Shown here in pieces: positions 39,561 to 50,285 of a DNA stretch of 64,000 bases. How positions within the stretch are numbered: the stretch's first letter is position 1; each line of letters starts with the position of its first letter. The stretch covers positions 704,001 to 768,000 of the forward strand of contig CAVYTA010000006.1 in assembly GCA_963771355.1 (NCBI GenBank), given 5' to 3'. This DNA comes from an uncultured Candidatus Rokubacteria bacterium (lineage in GTDB: Bacteria; Methylomirabilota; Methylomirabilia; Rokubacteriales; CSP1-6). The position numbers and the translations under genes were made by a program. The notes under the pieces were generated by a model that worked only from the letters and a program-made list of their open reading frames with translations, ran no database searches and was not told the origin of the DNA.

Positions 39561-40828
39561 AACCGCCTGAGCGTCTCACGCACGATCTCGCAGATGCGCG
39601 CGACGTCGGTGAGGGGGACGGACGGCTCGCAGGGCAGCTCCACCAGCGAGCCCCAGAGGCGCTCCGTCAGCGGGAGGGCGCCCGGCTTCGCGAGCTCCGG
39701 CTCGGCTCTCAGGTGGAGTGGGATATAGCTCCGCTCGACCTCGTAGCCCGCGCTCCGGAGGGCGGCGATGACCCGGGGCGCGGAGCCGCTCCCCGGCGCG
39801 TCACCGTCGATCACCACCACTTGAGTCAGACAGGCGGAGCCCGGTCGGTGCGCCACCAGCGAGAGTCGCGGCTCCTCGCTCAGCGCCGCCACATACGCGC
39901 TGACGCGGACCCGGCGCGCGGGCAGATCACGCCCCAGATGTTCGAGAAGGGTAAGCGCCACTTCCGCGTCGAGATTTGCCATACTTTGGGCGCAGTAAGG
40001 CGGTGCCGCAGGAGGATTACCTTGAATCTTTCGCAGCGCCATCCGGAGCGGCAGCAGTGACCGCCGCCAGCGCCGCCAGAGGAGCACGGACAGGGCGTGT
40101 GCCCCGATCGCGCCGATGCCGGGCCGGGGTAGCGCCCAGCCCACGGCGGATGCGACGACCTCCGGCCGGCTGGAGAGCAGCGCCCCCCCACCCGTTCCGA
40201 AGCAGACCTTGCCATTGCCGAAGCTCACGATGCCGGCATCGCCGAATGTGCCCAGGGGGCGGCCGTCCAGCGTGGCACCCATGGCCTGCGCGGCATCGTC
40301 GATGACGACAATCCCGCGCGGGTGGCATCGGGCCCGGATGCCCTCGATGTCGGCCGGATTGCCGAAGAGGTGCGGGACGATGACCGCGCGAGTCCGCGAG
40401 GTGAGCGCGGACTCGATCGTATCCGGGGTCACGTTCAGCTCGGGTCCGACATCGGCGAGCACCGGGACGGCCCCGACCGCACGGACGGGTGGCACGATGC
40501 TCGTGCAGCAGAAGGACGGGAGGACCACCTCGCTGCCCGCCCCAACGCCCAGACCGCGCAGGGCCAGCTCGATGGCGGTGCGGCCATTCGCGCAGGGGAC
40601 GACCGGGTGCCCCAGCTGTGCCTCGAGCTGACGAGCCAGCCGCGCCGGAGCGGATCCCTCCGCCACCCGGCCCGTGAGGAGAGAGCGGAACAGTGCCCAC
40701 ACCGTCGCCCCGCTCCACTGGGGCACGCAATACGGGACGCGGTAGTGGTAGGCGCGAAGGGAGCCGAGCGCCTTGCGGAGGGCGGGCGCCCGCCCGGCGC
40801 GGGCCGCGACCCCCGTCGCGGTGGCCAC
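39557..40828 (-). CDS. DegT/DnrJ/EryC1/StrS family PLP aminotransferase
   Basis: NGRTAI, PHLFGNPAD, IDDAAQA and GTFGDAGIVSFGNGK (PLP Lys). Confidence 0.88.
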   Translation of the reverse strand: MATATGVAARAGRAPALRKALGSLRAYHYRVPYCVPQWSGATVWALFRSLLTGRVAEGSAPARLARQLEAQLGHPVVPCANGRTAIELALRGLGVGAGSEVVLPSFCCTSIVPPVRAVGAVPVLADVGPELNVTPDTIESALTSRTRAVIVPHLFGNPADIEGIRARCHPRGIVVIDDAAQAMGATLDGRPLGTFGDAGIVSFGNGKVCFGTGGGALLSSRPEVVASAVGWALPRPGIGAIGAHALSVLLWRRWRRSLLPLRMALRKIQGNPPAAPPYCAQSMANLDAEVALTLLEHLGRDLPARRVRVSAYVAALSEEPRLSLVAHRPGSACLTQVVVIDGDAPGSGSAPRVIAALRSAGYEVERSYIPLHLRAEPELAKPGALPLTERLWGSLVELPCEPSVPLTDVARICEIVRETLRRL

Positions 40829-41940
40829 TACCGGGCCTTCCCGAGGGTGCGCAGCCGATCCCGCAGGCTCCGAAGCCCCTGACGGAAGGGCGCCAGCACC
40901 TTGTCACCCGACACGCAGCGCTCGGGCGTGGTACCGAGCCGCAGCTTGAAGGAATAGATGCCGTGGAGCGGATCGTCCTCGCGCGCGGCGGAGCCGGGAA
41001 CGCCGCCGCGGTTCAGCTGACGGAAGCCCTCCGCCTTGAACGTCTCCACCGCGGTCCAGAAGAGCCCGCTCTGGGTCCCCATCTTGTACCCGGCCTCGGT
41101 GCTTCCGCTGAACACGGAGTAGGCCCGGTGATTGAAGGTGGAGAAGAGGATGGCGGCCAGCACGGATTCATCGCGCCGTGCGAGGAAGACTCGGGCCGCC
41201 CCGCGGTGGACCAGGTGGTGGTAGAGCGACTCGTAGAGCGTGGAGTCGGAGGAGAGATCGTAGCCCTGTCCCCGCTCGTCGCGTCGGGCCTGGGTGGCCT
41301 CCCGCGCCGTCCCGAGGGCGGTGAGATCCGCGAGGGTGGTGCCCTCCGTGAGGACGACACCCTCGCGTTTGAGGCGCCGGATCTTCTCGCGCTGATCTTT
41401 CCGGATGCCCTGCCACAGGCTGTCGGTGTCCCGCTCGAGATCGAGGGTGAACTCGATACGCTCGGTCTCGACGAAGCCGTGCTCGACGGGCCGGAGCGGA
41501 CTGGCTCCGCTCATGAAGGAGTCCAGCCCCAGGCGCGTGCAGCTCAGCGCGCGGGCGAACTCCTCGCAGCGCCGGAGAAAGGCCGCCGCGAGCCCGGGAT
41601 CCGCCCCGCGCACCACGGGATGCGCGGTGAGCCGGAGATCGCGGAACAGCTGCGAGGCGAGGGCGCGGGGCGAGGCCGCCAGCAGGGCGAGGGCGGCGCC
41701 ACAGGGTATCCCGCTCGCGTCCCGCCCCAGGAAGAACACAGGCTCGAGTGCCTCGTCGCGCCCCTGGTAGGCGGCCCAGAGGGTGGAGTGGAAGATGGAG
41801 CCGCCGAGAGCCGAGACCGTGTCGTCCCAGCCGGCCGGCGCCTGGCCCCGGCTCACCTCGAAAGACACCGGCCCCTTCGCCGCCGGCTCGCCGGCACCAG
41901 CGGAGAGAGGCTGACCGGGCGCCTGGGGAATCGAGGTCAT
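40828..41940 (-). CDS. FemAB/FemX-like GNAT protein
   Basis: SIFHS.LW, DSLWQGIRKDQREKIRR..REGV, N.GG and GIYSFKLRLG. Confidence 0.8.
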   Translation of the reverse strand: MTSIPQAPGQPLSAGAGEPAAKGPVSFEVSRGQAPAGWDDTVSALGGSIFHSTLWAAYQGRDEALEPVFFLGRDASGIPCGAALALLAASPRALASQLFRDLRLTAHPVVRGADPGLAAAFLRRCEEFARALSCTRLGLDSFMSGASPLRPVEHGFVETERIEFTLDLERDTDSLWQGIRKDQREKIRRLKREGVVLTEGTTLADLTALGTAREATQARRDERGQGYDLSSDSTLYESLYHHLVHRGAARVFLARRDESVLAAILFSTFNHRAYSVFSGSTEAGYKMGTQSGLFWTAVETFKAEGFRQLNRGGVPGSAAREDDPLHGIYSFKLRLGTTPERCVSGDKVLAPFRQGLRSLRDRLRTLGKAR

Positions 41941-42911
41941 CGAGCCTCCGTCCGTCGCGCGGCACGATGGACACGCCGGAACTCGTACATGGCGCCGACG
42001 AAGCGCCAGGCGTCGAGCTCGTGATCCAGCGCGCGGATCCGGTCTCCGCGCAGTCGGGCCCAGACCGTGCCGCTCACCGCACCGGCCAGCCGCCGGAAGA
42101 GATAGCGTGGAACGCCGAAGAGGCTCGGATACGGCCGCCGCGCGAGGTAGGGCCCCGACCGGCCGGAAACGAAGTAGCGCCGGCGAAAGGCGGCGCGTGT
42201 GGTCCGCGCCGGATCGACGGGATGGTCGACCACGATGTGGGGCGCGTAGCGGATGCGTTCCCCTCCGGTCTGGAAACGCTTGAGCAGCTCGCTCTCTTCC
42301 CCGCCCATGGTCTCGAGCCCGGGCGCCGCGCCGGGTCCCAGCCGCACGTCGAAGTATCCGTGCCGCTCGAACAGCGAGCGCTCGCAGAGAAAGTTACAGC
42401 CCACCGGCCGGCGCATCGTCTCGTCGTACTCCCGCGACACGTCCCCGTAGTCGTGGATCACGATCGGGCCGAACGAGGTCGAGAGCGGCCCGCGCTCCCG
42501 GATCCAGTCCGGCGGCTCCGACGGCCAGGGCGCGAGCACCCGGCCGCCGAATACGCGACACGGGCCCGCGCCCCGGACCACCTCCTGAACGCCGACCAAG
42601 TAGCCGGGATGGACGCTCACGTCGTGGTCGAGAAACGCCACCAGCCGACCCCGCGCGGCCCGGATGGCGGTATTGAGGGCGCGTGACTTTCCGGGCGTGG
42701 GCTCCGACAGCAGCCGCGCGGGGAGGGGGGACTCCGCGAGCGCGGCCTGAATCGCGGCGAAGCGGTCCGCCGCGGAGTTGTTGTCGACGACGAGGAGCTC
42801 CCACTCGAGATCGCCGGGTTTGGCACCTTCGAGGCTCCGCAGCAGGCGGATGAGGAAGTCTGGCCGGTTGTACGTGGGGACCAGGATCGAGAGGTCCATG
42901 GAAGCGCTCAC
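41937..42911 (-). CDS. Glycosyltransferase family 2
   Basis: PTYNR, VVDNNS, GKSRALN, FLDHD and GGEESEL. Confidence 0.9.
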   Translation of the reverse strand: MSASMDLSILVPTYNRPDFLIRLLRSLEGAKPGDLEWELLVVDNNSAADRFAAIQAALAESPLPARLLSEPTPGKSRALNTAIRAARGRLVAFLDHDVSVHPGYLVGVQEVVRGAGPCRVFGGRVLAPWPSEPPDWIRERGPLSTSFGPIVIHDYGDVSREYDETMRRPVGCNFLCERSLFERHGYFDVRLGPGAAPGLETMGGEESELLKRFQTGGERIRYAPHIVVDHPVDPARTTRAAFRRRYFVSGRSGPYLARRPYPSLFGVPRYLFRRLAGAVSGTVWARLRGDRIRALDHELDAWRFVGAMYEFRRVHRAARRTEAR

Positions 42912-43930
42912 CGTCCGACCGTGACGCCGGGGGTCACGGGAGTGCTGGTCTCGAGCCTTGGAATGAAGGGAGTCGGGTCGAAGCTCCGGGGGGTGCCGTG
43001 GTGCTCGCGTATCGAGCCCAGGCGCATCGCGATCTCGGTGAGTCGACTGAACCGGTCGGGAGCTGTAGCCGTCAGCATTCCGACCGCCAGCGACGCCAGG
43101 TCACTGGCGAGCAACCGGACCAGATAGAGGGGCACCCCCCTCACTTCGCGCACTCCCTCGGCCCGGTGATGCCAGCGGACCCGACCCCGGCCAATCTGAT
43201 AGGCCCAGCGCAGGGCATAGCGGCGCCGCAGGCGCCGGGGATCCACGGGGTGACGCACGCTCGCGTCCGGCACGTAGCCGATGCGCTCGCCATGCTTCCG
43301 GACCCGGTACGAAAACTCCGTATCCGCCCCCGGGAAGAGCCGCGGCGGGGGCCCCATGTCCTCGCGGAGCAGGCCATAGCGTTCGAAGGCCATCCGGCGG
43401 TAGGCCATGTTCGCGCCTACCGGAGCGGGACCGATCCCGGGCCGGAGCACGAAGGGCTCTTCCCCGAGGTCATAGGCCAGCACCCCGAGCCGGCAGGCCC
43501 GGAGCGGCTCTTCCTGGGTGAACCAGCGGGGCCGCGGCGACTGCCAGGTGGCGATGACCCGTCCCGCGAAGCCAATGAGGTCGGGTTGCCGGTTCGCGGC
43601 TCGCTCCAGGTTGACGAGCCAGTGCGGGTCGATCAGGAGGTCGTCGTCGGTGAACGCCACGAGGGACCCCCGCGTGGCCTGTATCCCCGCATTGCAAGCG
43701 AAGGCCTGGCCCTGCCGCGCCTCGAACAGGGGCCGGAGGGGCAGGCTTCCCGAACGGACGAACTCCTGGAGCACCGACCCGGTATCATCCCGTGAGTGGT
43801 TATTGACCACGCACAGCTCCCACGGGCAGGTGGGGGGAATGGCGGCCCGAAGACTCTCGAGCATACGGCGCAGCGTTTCGCTGCGGTTGTAGGTCGCCAC
43901 GACCACCGAGATCACGGGCAGGGTGCTCAT
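42908..43930 (-). CDS. Glycosyltransferase family 2
   Basis: VVATYNR, FTDDD, GANMAYRR and DTEF. Confidence 0.9.
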   Translation of the reverse strand: MSTLPVISVVVATYNRSETLRRMLESLRAAIPPTCPWELCVVNNHSRDDTGSVLQEFVRSGSLPLRPLFEARQGQAFACNAGIQATRGSLVAFTDDDLLIDPHWLVNLERAANRQPDLIGFAGRVIATWQSPRPRWFTQEEPLRACRLGVLAYDLGEEPFVLRPGIGPAPVGANMAYRRMAFERYGLLREDMGPPPRLFPGADTEFSYRVRKHGERIGYVPDASVRHPVDPRRLRRRYALRWAYQIGRGRVRWHHRAEGVREVRGVPLYLVRLLASDLASLAVGMLTATAPDRFSRLTEIAMRLGSIREHHGTPRSFDPTPFIPRLETSTPVTPGVTVGR

Positions 43931-45909
43931 CGAGCCTCCCCCCGATTATCGGACATGGACACGACTCCGGCCGCGGAAAGCCGCACCTCCCAGGCGTCGT
44001 CACCGACCTGAATGGACAGGGCGGTCTCGTCGATGAACGGGCGGCCGGTGAGGGTCCACCGTGGCTCCCGCGACCGGCCCGCCGGCTCTGGGACGAGGAG
44101 GGTCACGAAGGCGACCGTCCCCTTCCGGCGGCGATACTGCAACACCGTGCTGGGCCGGATCACCGTGGGACCGGCTTGTATCCAGGCCTGGCCGGGGCGT
44201 TCGCCGCCGCGCAACACGTCAAGCTCCAGCCCCGCGTCGAGCAGCGCCGCCACGCGGAGTCCGGGCCCTCCTGACGCGCTCTGGCACTGGACATCGAGCC
44301 CGCCGGGAACGGCCGTCAGCGCGGGCGCCAGATGCAAGTACAGCGCATAGTCGTGAGGGTTGTTCGACTGAAGGTGGTCGAGCAGGAATACCGCTCCGGA
44401 TCGGCGGCGGAACACGAGCACCCGCCGGTGGCGCACACCGGGATAGAGGGTGTGCTCGGCGTCGATGAGCACCCCGCCGGCCGCTTGCTGAGTCTTCCTG
44501 ACCCCGGCCGGCCCGATCGCCTGATCGCGTCCATCCACCGCCACCGTGTTGTGCGCGGGGGTCGACTTCAGCCACGCGCGGAACGGATACAGGCCGGGCC
44601 CCCCCGTGTCCACCACCAGATCCGCTCCGTGAGCGAAGAGCTCGAAGGACAGCACGTCGCGGTGGATGTGCGATGTCGGAAAGGTGGCCAGCCGGAGCGC
44701 CACGAAGGCACCCGCGTGCGGTTCCCCCTCGGAAGCCCAGCTGCTCCGCAGGAAGACGGAGCCGCCGTCGTGCAGGATGGCATCCAAGGCGGACGGAGCG
44801 CGTCCGGCGGAGCCTCGCGAGACGGCGTAGATGAAGGCGTCCACCGCCTCGCCGGCCCACTCGACGAGATCGTCGGGAACGACGTGGATGGGTGAGCCGG
44901 TGTTGCCATCGCCGAGCGCGGGGAGGGCGCCATCGGGTCTCAGCATGTGGGCCGAACAGAGGATCATGGCGCGCAGCCGCTCCTCGAAGTCGGCGGACAG
45001 CGGCATGCAATGCGCCCGCGCGAAGCGCGCCGCGCTGATGAACTGGAGGAGGACGTAGAGCTGGTACGCCGGAGAGTGCTCGAGGTGGGCGCCCTCGGAC
45101 GAGACGTTGTCGCGCATCTGCGCTTCGACCCGCTCCCGACCCAGCCGCATCCACTCGTGCGCCTCGGGGTGCGGGATGAGACAGACTCCCAGCGCCAGGA
45201 GGGCATAGGCCTGGGTGACGCCGTGGTTGTGCTCGGGCCGGTGAAAGCGCGGGTGCGCCAGCCTGACCGCGTGACGCTCCAAAGCCACGAAGAGCTCGCT
45301 GGCCAGAGGAGGGGAAGTGCCGGCATCCCCTTTCGAGGCCACCCAGAGCTGGCAGAAAGTGAGCGCCCTGAGCGCGGTGATGTGATCCGACCAGATCACC
45401 GCGGATCGCTCGGCGTGCAGGCACTCCCTGATCCAGCGCCGCGCAACGAGCTGGGCCGCCTCGAGGTACTCCGGCCGCGCGGTGAGCCGGAAGGCGTCCA
45501 GCAGGGTGCGAATGCTCTCGAGCGAGTGTACGCCGAGGCCGACCAGCGGAGACGCCCCGCGGGGGATCGGTGGCTCCCGCCAGGAGAGCTCCGTCAGCGG
45601 CACCGAATGCTCGGCGTCGATCGGGTAGCGCCCCGCGAGCAGCGCAGTCGCGGCCGGCGAGACCACGGCGGGGATGCGCCGGGGGAAGCGCGGCGCATCC
45701 TTGATCGGCGCGAGCCAGGCGGCACGGATCAGCGAGGGATCACCCGTGGCCTGGCCCATTTGCTCGGCCAGGCGCCAGAGCGCCTCGTGGGCCGTGGTGA
45801 GAGCGCCCCGCAGTCCTCGCGCCAGGCGCCAGGAATGGCGGCGCCCCATGTCATCGGCGGTGAGAGTTGCACCGACCAGCCAATGGTCCAGGCGCGACAG
45901 AAGGGTCAC
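43927..45909 (-). CDS. Heparinase II/III family / alginate-lyase-like protein
   Basis: HNHG, EGAHLEHSPAYQ, PALGDG, HIHRDVLSF, VDTG and AHNTVAVDG; start position uncertain. Confidence 0.85.
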   Translation of the reverse strand: MTLLSRLDHWLVGATLTADDMGRRHSWRLARGLRGALTTAHEALWRLAEQMGQATGDPSLIRAAWLAPIKDAPRFPRRIPAVVSPAATALLAGRYPIDAEHSVPLTELSWREPPIPRGASPLVGLGVHSLESIRTLLDAFRLTARPEYLEAAQLVARRWIRECLHAERSAVIWSDHITALRALTFCQLWVASKGDAGTSPPLASELFVALERHAVRLAHPRFHRPEHNHGVTQAYALLALGVCLIPHPEAHEWMRLGRERVEAQMRDNVSSEGAHLEHSPAYQLYVLLQFISAARFARAHCMPLSADFEERLRAMILCSAHMLRPDGALPALGDGNTGSPIHVVPDDLVEWAGEAVDAFIYAVSRGSAGRAPSALDAILHDGGSVFLRSSWASEGEPHAGAFVALRLATFPTSHIHRDVLSFELFAHGADLVVDTGGPGLYPFRAWLKSTPAHNTVAVDGRDQAIGPAGVRKTQQAAGGVLIDAEHTLYPGVRHRRVLVFRRRSGAVFLLDHLQSNNPHDYALYLHLAPALTAVPGGLDVQCQSASGGPGLRVAALLDAGLELDVLRGGERPGQAWIQAGPTVIRPSTVLQYRRRKGTVAFVTLLVPEPAGRSREPRWTLTGRPFIDETALSIQVGDDAWEVRLSAAGVVSMSDNRGEAR

Positions 45910-47381
45910 GCGTCCGCCTTGCGCGTGCTGCGCCACGGCAGCATCTCCAGCAGGATTCCACGCAGCTCCCGGCCGAAGCTCCGGTCGAAGAGGAGGAGCA
46001 GGGTGCCGTAGGCCACCGCGCCCGCACCGACGGAGAGAGCCAGCCGCTCGACACTCCCGGGCAGACCGGGGACGAAGGGCTGCACCAGCAGCACCACGGC
46101 CGTCATCCCGAGCGCCGCTACCACCGGCGACGCGATGGTCCCGAGGTATTCTCCCACCGGGACCTTGATCTCCCGCAGGCTGAGCCACAGGAGGACGGCG
46201 CGGACCACGATGAAGCTCCCGAACCAGGCGATCGCCACCCCGAGGAGCCCCCAGTGCGAACCCACGAAGTACGCCAGGGTCATCACCGATGCGTGGAACA
46301 TCGCGAGTCGCACGAGCATCTTGGACTTCCCGCGGGCGGTGAGCAGCGGCGTGGAGGGCAGCGGCATGATGTCCAGGATTCCCCCCACCGCGAAGATCTG
46401 GACGAAGGGCACGATGGCCAGCCACTTCACCGTCAAGAGCAGGAGGACCATGTCCTGCGCTACCAGCGCCATACCCAGCTGGAGCGGGATCGCGATGGCG
46501 GCCAGGTACTTGCTGAGCTTGAGGAAGTGGCGCCGGAGGTAGGCGTCGTCGTGCTGGAGCTTGGAGAACACCGGAAGGGACAGCTGGTTGAGCACGGACG
46601 TCGACACCTTGTGGAGCGGATTCCGCTTTCCCAGGGAGCCGGCCATCGAGTAGATGCCGAGGTCGCCCGCCCCGAGGGAGCGCGCGAGGATGCCCGTCTG
46701 CACCGTCCCCGACAGGACGTGGATCACATGGGAGCCGGTGATCCGCAGGCCGAAGGCCACGATCTCGCGCATCTTCTCGAAGCTCACCTCGAATCCCGGC
46801 CACCAGCGGCAGGCCAGCGCCATCCCGATGCTCCGGACAAAGGACCGGACGAGGTGGGCCACCACCAGCGCCCAGAAGGCGAAGCCGAGATAGCCCATCA
46901 CGAGCGCCACCAGCGAGGACACCACCACCGCGCCCGCCTCGGCGAGCGAGCGGCCCCGGAACTCGATCTCCTTGGTGAGCAGGTTGTACGGCACCATGCC
47001 GAACGAATCGAAGATGAACGAGAGGGCCAGCAGCCGCACCATCCAGATCAGCCGGGGCTCGCTGTACACATGCGCGGCCACGGTGGCGGCCACGGTGGCG
47101 ACCAGCGCGATGCCCACGCTCAGCGCGAGCATGGTCCAGAAGATGGCGTTATGGTGCCGGCGCTTCAGATCCTGGCGCTGCACGATGGCCACGCCGAGCC
47201 CGAAGCTCTGCAGGAGCTCGAGCACCGCGACCACCGACAGGGCCATGGCGAAGAGCCCGTAGTCCTTCGGCATGAGCAGCCGTGCGAGGAGGATGCCCAC
47301 GCCCCACTGCAGCACGCCCATCCACACCCGGGTGGTGGCGTACCACGCGGCGGACTTGATCATCCGGTTGCGCAAGGTCAC
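45906..47381 (-). CDS. wzx: Polysaccharide flippase (Wzx, PST family)
   Basis: LARLLMPKDYGL, AIVQR, LGIYSMA, PVFSKLQ and KW; about 12 TM segments. Confidence 0.9.
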   Translation of the reverse strand: MTLRNRMIKSAAWYATTRVWMGVLQWGVGILLARLLMPKDYGLFAMALSVVAVLELLQSFGLGVAIVQRQDLKRRHHNAIFWTMLALSVGIALVATVAATVAAHVYSEPRLIWMVRLLALSFIFDSFGMVPYNLLTKEIEFRGRSLAEAGAVVVSSLVALVMGYLGFAFWALVVAHLVRSFVRSIGMALACRWWPGFEVSFEKMREIVAFGLRITGSHVIHVLSGTVQTGILARSLGAGDLGIYSMAGSLGKRNPLHKVSTSVLNQLSLPVFSKLQHDDAYLRRHFLKLSKYLAAIAIPLQLGMALVAQDMVLLLLTVKWLAIVPFVQIFAVGGILDIMPLPSTPLLTARGKSKMLVRLAMFHASVMTLAYFVGSHWGLLGVAIAWFGSFIVVRAVLLWLSLREIKVPVGEYLGTIASPVVAALGMTAVVLLVQPFVPGLPGSVERLALSVGAGAVAYGTLLLLFDRSFGRELRGILLEMLPWRSTRKADA

Positions 47382-47418
47382 CGCGCCACCGCTCCTCTGG
47401 TCGAGCGCATCGTGGCCG

Positions 47419-49257
47419 CTACTCGACCGTCACGCTCTTGGCGAGGTTGCGCGGCTGATCGACGTCGAGACCCCGCAGCGCGGCGATGTGATAGGCGAGC
47501 AGCTGAAGCGGCACCGCGCTCACCAGAGGGGCGACGAGATCGGGGGCGGCGGGGATGGTGAGGATGTCGGAGGCGACGCGGCGCGCCTCCTGGTCGCCGG
47601 GGTGGCAGATCGCGATCACGCGACCATCGCGGGCGCGCACCTCCTGGAGATTGCCCATCATCCGCTCGTAGGAGCCGTCGCGGGGCACCAGCGCCACCAC
47701 CGGCATGGACTCATCGATGAGGGCGATGGGGCCGTGCTTCATCTCCCCGGCGGCGTAGCCTTCCGCGTGGATGTACGAGATCTCCTTGAGCTTCAGCGCG
47801 CCCTCCAGGGCGATCGGGAAGTGGAGGCCGCGCCCCAGGTACAGGAAGTTGGGATAGTGCGCGAGGTCGCGGGCCAGCGCCGCCACCGCACCATCCACCG
47901 CGAGCGCTTCCTCGATGAAGCGCGGCGCTTCCATGATCTCCTCCGCCCGTTTGCGGGCATCGGCGTCACTGAGATAGCCGCGCCGCTCGCCCAGCGCGAG
48001 CGCGACGAGGTAACAGGCGGTGATGGTGGTGGTGAAGGTCTTGGTAGAGGCCACGCCGATCTCGGGTCCGGCATGCGTATAGACTACGCCTCCCGCCTCG
48101 CGAGCGATGGCCGAACCCACCACGTTGGTGATGGCGAGCACGGGCGCCTGCCGGGCGCGCGCGGCCTTGACCGCGCCGAGGGTGTCCGCCGTCTCCCCGG
48201 ACTGGGAGATGGCGATGACCAGGGTCCGGTGATCCAGGACGAGGTCGCGATACCGGAACTCCGAGGCGATATCCACCTCCGCGGGCAGGCCGGCCAGCCG
48301 CTCGATCATGAAGCGGCCCACCAGGGCCGCATGGTACGACGTTCCGCAGGCGACGAGCACCACCCGGTCCAGCCGGTTGGCCAGGCCCGCGTCCAGGTGC
48401 GCCTCCGGCAACGACACCGCGGCGCCGTCGACGAGGAGCCGGCCCCGCAGGGTGTCCGCCACCGCGCGCGGCTGCTCGTGGATCTCCTTCAGCATGAAGT
48501 GACGATATCCACCCTTCTGCGCCGCCGTCGCGTCCCACTCGATCCGGGAAGAGGCCCGCTCGATGCGCCGCCCGTCGAGGGTCATCAGCTCGGCGCCCTG
48601 GCGGGTGATGCGCGCGACCTCGCCGTCCTCCAGAATCACCACGTCCCGCGTATACGGGAGGAGGGCGGGGATATCGGAGGCCAGGAAGGTCTCACCCCGG
48701 CCGAGCCCGACCACCACGCTCCCGCCCCCCAGCTTGGCCGCGACCAGCTCGTCCGGGCACGCGGTGGAGATCACCGCCACCGCGTACGCCCCCCGCAGCT
48801 CGCCGAGGGCGGCGCGGCAGGCGTCGCGAAGATCGAGTCCCGCGCGGAGGTGGTCCTCCAGAAGATGCGCGATCACCTCGGTATCGGTCTCGGAGCGGAA
48901 CCGGTGCCCGTCGGCCAGGAGCCGCTCCTTGATGGTCGCATAGTTCTCGATGATCCCGTTGTGGACGACCACCAGCGAGTCGGTGCAGTCGGCATGCGGG
49001 TGCGAATTGGCCTCGGAGGGGCGCCCATGCGTGGCCCAGCGGGTATGGCCGAGCCCGGCCTTGCCCATCGCGGGCTCGCGCTCCAGGCGCGCTTCGAGGT
49101 TGCCGATCTTGCCCAGGCTCCGCCGGATGATCAGTTCCCCGCCGTCGAGCACCGCGAGCCCCGCCGAGTCGTAGCCGCGGTACTCGAGCCGCTTTAGCCC
49201 GTCGAGAATGACCTCGGAGGCATTCCGCTCTCCGAGATAGCCGACAATTCCACACAT
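47419..49257 (-). CDS. glmS: Glutamine-fructose-6-phosphate transaminase (isomerising)
   Basis: MCGIVGY, LEYRGYDSAG, GHTRWATHG, SQSGETADT and C-terminal PRNLAKSVTVE. Confidence 0.97.
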   Translation of the reverse strand: MCGIVGYLGERNASEVILDGLKRLEYRGYDSAGLAVLDGGELIIRRSLGKIGNLEARLEREPAMGKAGLGHTRWATHGRPSEANSHPHADCTDSLVVVHNGIIENYATIKERLLADGHRFRSETDTEVIAHLLEDHLRAGLDLRDACRAALGELRGAYAVAVISTACPDELVAAKLGGGSVVVGLGRGETFLASDIPALLPYTRDVVILEDGEVARITRQGAELMTLDGRRIERASSRIEWDATAAQKGGYRHFMLKEIHEQPRAVADTLRGRLLVDGAAVSLPEAHLDAGLANRLDRVVLVACGTSYHAALVGRFMIERLAGLPAEVDIASEFRYRDLVLDHRTLVIAISQSGETADTLGAVKAARARQAPVLAITNVVGSAIAREAGGVVYTHAGPEIGVASTKTFTTTITACYLVALALGERRGYLSDADARKRAEEIMEAPRFIEEALAVDGAVAALARDLAHYPNFLYLGRGLHFPIALEGALKLKEISYIHAEGYAAGEMKHGPIALIDESMPVVALVPRDGSYERMMGNLQEVRARDGRVIAICHPGDQEARRVASDILTIPAAPDLVAPLVSAVPLQLLAYHIAALRGLDVDQPRNLAKSVTVE

Positions 49258-49274
49258 GGGGGTCTCCGTTCCTC

Positions 49275-50285
49275 TCAGGGCCGCGCCAGGCGGTACCACG
49301 CCAGCTTGAGGGCGAACGTGGGGAGGTGGTGCTCCCACGGTCCGCCCCGGCGGAGCTCCCAGGGATTGGTGGTCGGGGTATTGAGGCCGAAACGGGTGGT
49401 GACGGCACAGGTGAAGCCGGCTTCCCGTACCAGCTGCTTGATGGTCTCCGTGTAGTCCTCGGCACCGCCGTTGGGATACGCGAAGGCGCGCGGAGAGGCC
49501 CCGCAGGCGGACTCGATCATGGTGCGCGACCCGAGGATCTCGGTCCAGGCCCGCTGCGGGCTTACCCGCGACAGGATGGGATGGTTTACGGTATGGGCAC
49601 CCACCTGCCAGCCGAGCCCAGACAGCGCGTGCACGTCATCCCAGGACAGCATCAGGTTCTTGAAGCACCGCTGGTCGGTGACCCCCAGCGCGGTCAGGAG
49701 CGCGTCGAGGTCCCGGCGCCGCCCCTCGTCCGGCAGTCGTTTGAATCGGTCGAGCGTGCGAGCCATGGCGTGGAGCCGTACCGCTACGCTCCCGAGATCC
49801 AAATCCTCGCCCCAGGGGGTATGCACCGCGTCGAGCGTGGACTTCTTGAAGCCCTGCGCGAGGCGGTCGAACCACGGCACTTCCGCGGTGCCGATGAACC
49901 CAGTGGCGAGGAAGATGGTGGCGGGCAGCCCGAGCCGGGCCAGGATGGGCGCGGCATGGGTGAGGTTGTCGCGATAGCCGTCGTCGAAGGTGATGGCGAG
50001 CGCGTTCCGAGGCAGTCCGCCCCGACGCAGCTGCTCGACGAGGTCCGTCAGAGGCAGGACGCGGTAGGCGCGGGCCACGTGCGTCATCTGTTCCTCGAAT
50101 ACAGGCGTGGGCAGCGCGGAGAAGAACGGATCGCCGTCGTCGTTGACCCGGTGCAAGGTCAGGATCTGGAACGCCGGGTCGCGGTGCACCCGGCCGGCGG
50201 CCCAGGTCAAGGGCGTGGTGAGGCCGGCGCCGTACAGGCCGGCCGCGGCCGCGCGTACCACCGCGCCCCGGGACGGCCCCTTCAT
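49275..50285 (-). CDS. Polysaccharide deacetylase (CE4)
   Basis: HRV, ITFDDGYRDN, GAHTVNHPIL and FAYPNG. Confidence 0.9.
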   Translation of the reverse strand: MKGPSRGAVVRAAAAGLYGAGLTTPLTWAAGRVHRDPAFQILTLHRVNDDGDPFFSALPTPVFEEQMTHVARAYRVLPLTDLVEQLRRGGLPRNALAITFDDGYRDNLTHAAPILARLGLPATIFLATGFIGTAEVPWFDRLAQGFKKSTLDAVHTPWGEDLDLGSVAVRLHAMARTLDRFKRLPDEGRRRDLDALLTALGVTDQRCFKNLMLSWDDVHALSGLGWQVGAHTVNHPILSRVSPQRAWTEILGSRTMIESACGASPRAFAYPNGGAEDYTETIKQLVREAGFTCAVTTRFGLNTPTTNPWELRRGGPWEHHLPTFALKLAWYRLARP

